Of a DNA stretch of 58,780 nucleotides, positions 58,248-58,780 are shown in pieces. How positions within the stretch are numbered: the stretch's first letter is position 1; every line of letters begins with the position of its first letter. Position numbers and translations under genes: made by a program. Source of the DNA: a virus; IMG/VR virus record IMGVR_UViG_3300045988_043483, one strand, 5' to 3'. The notes under the pieces are model-generated. The model did not search any database. It was given only the letters and a program-made list of their open reading frames with translations, and was not told the origin of the DNA.

Positions 58248-58780
58248 TCTCCACCTCCACAAGTTCACCATTTTCCAATCTGTACCATGTATCCGGCTTC
58301 ACTTTTTCACCGTCTACCCGGAACATCTTCGCACCGACAAACTCCCATGCTTCCTGCTCTGCTCTGTCGTATCTGTCATCCTCTTTACTGCCAATATATT
58401 TCCATTCAGCAAGAACGATATGGGAACCAATGACACCCATTGCTTTCCCTTTGTATCCCCATGCAACCGCAACGCTCTCGGAATCGTTGGCAGAGGATGC
58501 ACCTTTGTAACCTGTGGCAGAGGATGCACCGCAGTTACCTGTGGCAGATGATGCACCGTAGTCACCTGTGGCAGATGATGCACCTTTGTAACCTGTGGCA
58601 GATGATGCACCGCAGTCACCTGTGGCAGATGATGCACCTTTGTAACCTGTGGCAGAGGATGCACCTTTGTAACCTGTCGCAGAGGATGCACCGCAGTTAC
58701 CTGTCGCAGAGGATGCACCGTAGTCACCTGTCGCAGAGGATGCACCGTAGTCACCTGTCGCAGAAGATGCACCGCAGTAA
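58180..58780 (-). CDS. Repeat-containing phage protein, repeat and C-terminal part (continuation of 1..423)
   Basis: The frame S-A-T-G-x-x-G-A-S runs through the repeats into ...NDSESVAVAWGYKGKAMGVIGSHIVLAEWKYIGSKEDDRYDRAEQEAW...YRLENGELVEVE. The track ORF 58314..58772 is the wrong frame. Nt 58726-58780 duplicate nt 1-55. Confidence 0.75.
   Translation of the reverse strand, partial: YCGASSATGDYGASSATGDYGASSATGNCGASSATGYKGASSATGYKGASSATGDCGASSATGYKGASSATGDYGASSATGNCGASSATGYKGASSANDSESVAVAWGYKGKAMGVIGSHIVLAEWKYIGSKEDDRYDRAEQEAWEFVGAKMFRVDGEKVKPDTWYRLENGELVEVENADQERDSHFCSDNKRRNNQCR
58483..58780 (-). repeat. 27-bp tandem repeat array (units 1-11; the last two duplicate nt 1-54)
   Basis: Unit starts at 58510, 58537, 58564, 58591, 58618, 58645, 58672, 58699, 58726 and 58753. 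Constant 21 nt plus a variable hexamer (tttgta/gcagtt/gtagtc/gcagtc/gcagta). Confidence 0.9.

Noticed and set aside
58314-58772. Track ORF translating the repeats as HPLRQVTTV...
   Set aside because: This is the wrong frame. The SATG frame is continuous with the conserved-looking C-terminal domain and, across the junction, with the N-terminal domain that starts at 423.
58483-58780. A regular 27-bp repeat array at the contig ends that could superficially look like a CRISPR array
   Set aside because: There are no unique spacers. The units are contiguous, with only a 6-nt variable part. The array lies inside one continuous reading frame (GASSATGxx) with flanking protein domains.

Overview
The window is a complete, circularly closed temperate siphovirus-like phage genome. 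Nt 1-55 are identical to nt 58726-58780, so the unique length is 58,725 bp. The gene content points to a Firmicutes/Clostridia-type host: a Spo0A-C-like regulator, a GH25 endolysin, an LL-H-type holin and a replisome organizer. About 85% of genes are on the minus strand. Read along the minus strand from the immunity switch at about 5.5 kb, the order is: Cro/Xis-like HTH, Bro-N/KilAC antirepressor, secreted transglycosylase, Spo0A-C-like regulator, SMC/Rad50-like ATPase, and a 27-bp-repeat protein that crosses the contig junction. Next come a RecT, MBL-nuclease, GIY-YIG and replisome-organizer block, then YopX, DUF3850, HNH and ASCH-like genes, a split multi-TRD C5-methyltransferase, a tyrosine integrase with attP, and a six-gene low-complexity/Cys-rich accessory cluster. 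A plus-strand island at 34.4-39.0 kb follows, then a putative TerS, an array of 7 tRNA genes plus one 107-nt tRNA-like element (5 canonical, 3 aberrant), TerL, portal, scaffold, lambda-gpE-like capsid, neck genes, holin, major tail, G/GT chaperones, endolysin, tape measure, Tal and tail fibre. Two HTH regulators on the plus strand (5.6-7.5 kb) close the circle. The most interesting observations are listed here. (1) A tail-fibre C-terminal cassette flanked by 18-bp in-phase inverted repeats, G-segment/shufflon-like, with no linked invertase. (2) The attP-adjacent cluster of Q/M/N/G/Cys-rich and jelly-roll-like proteins. (3) A tRNA array that mixes canonical and aberrant tRNAs with long structured spacers, plus an isolated acceptor/T-arm minihelix. 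(4) Lysis genes scattered through the structural operon, with tandem terminators directly upstream of the tape-measure gene. (5) A split multi-TRD C5-methyltransferase. (6) Face-to-face consensus promoters at the immunity switch. (7) A DUF551-like gene interrupted by an in-frame TAA. All functional calls rest on motifs read by eye and on recollection of protein families; no database search was run.
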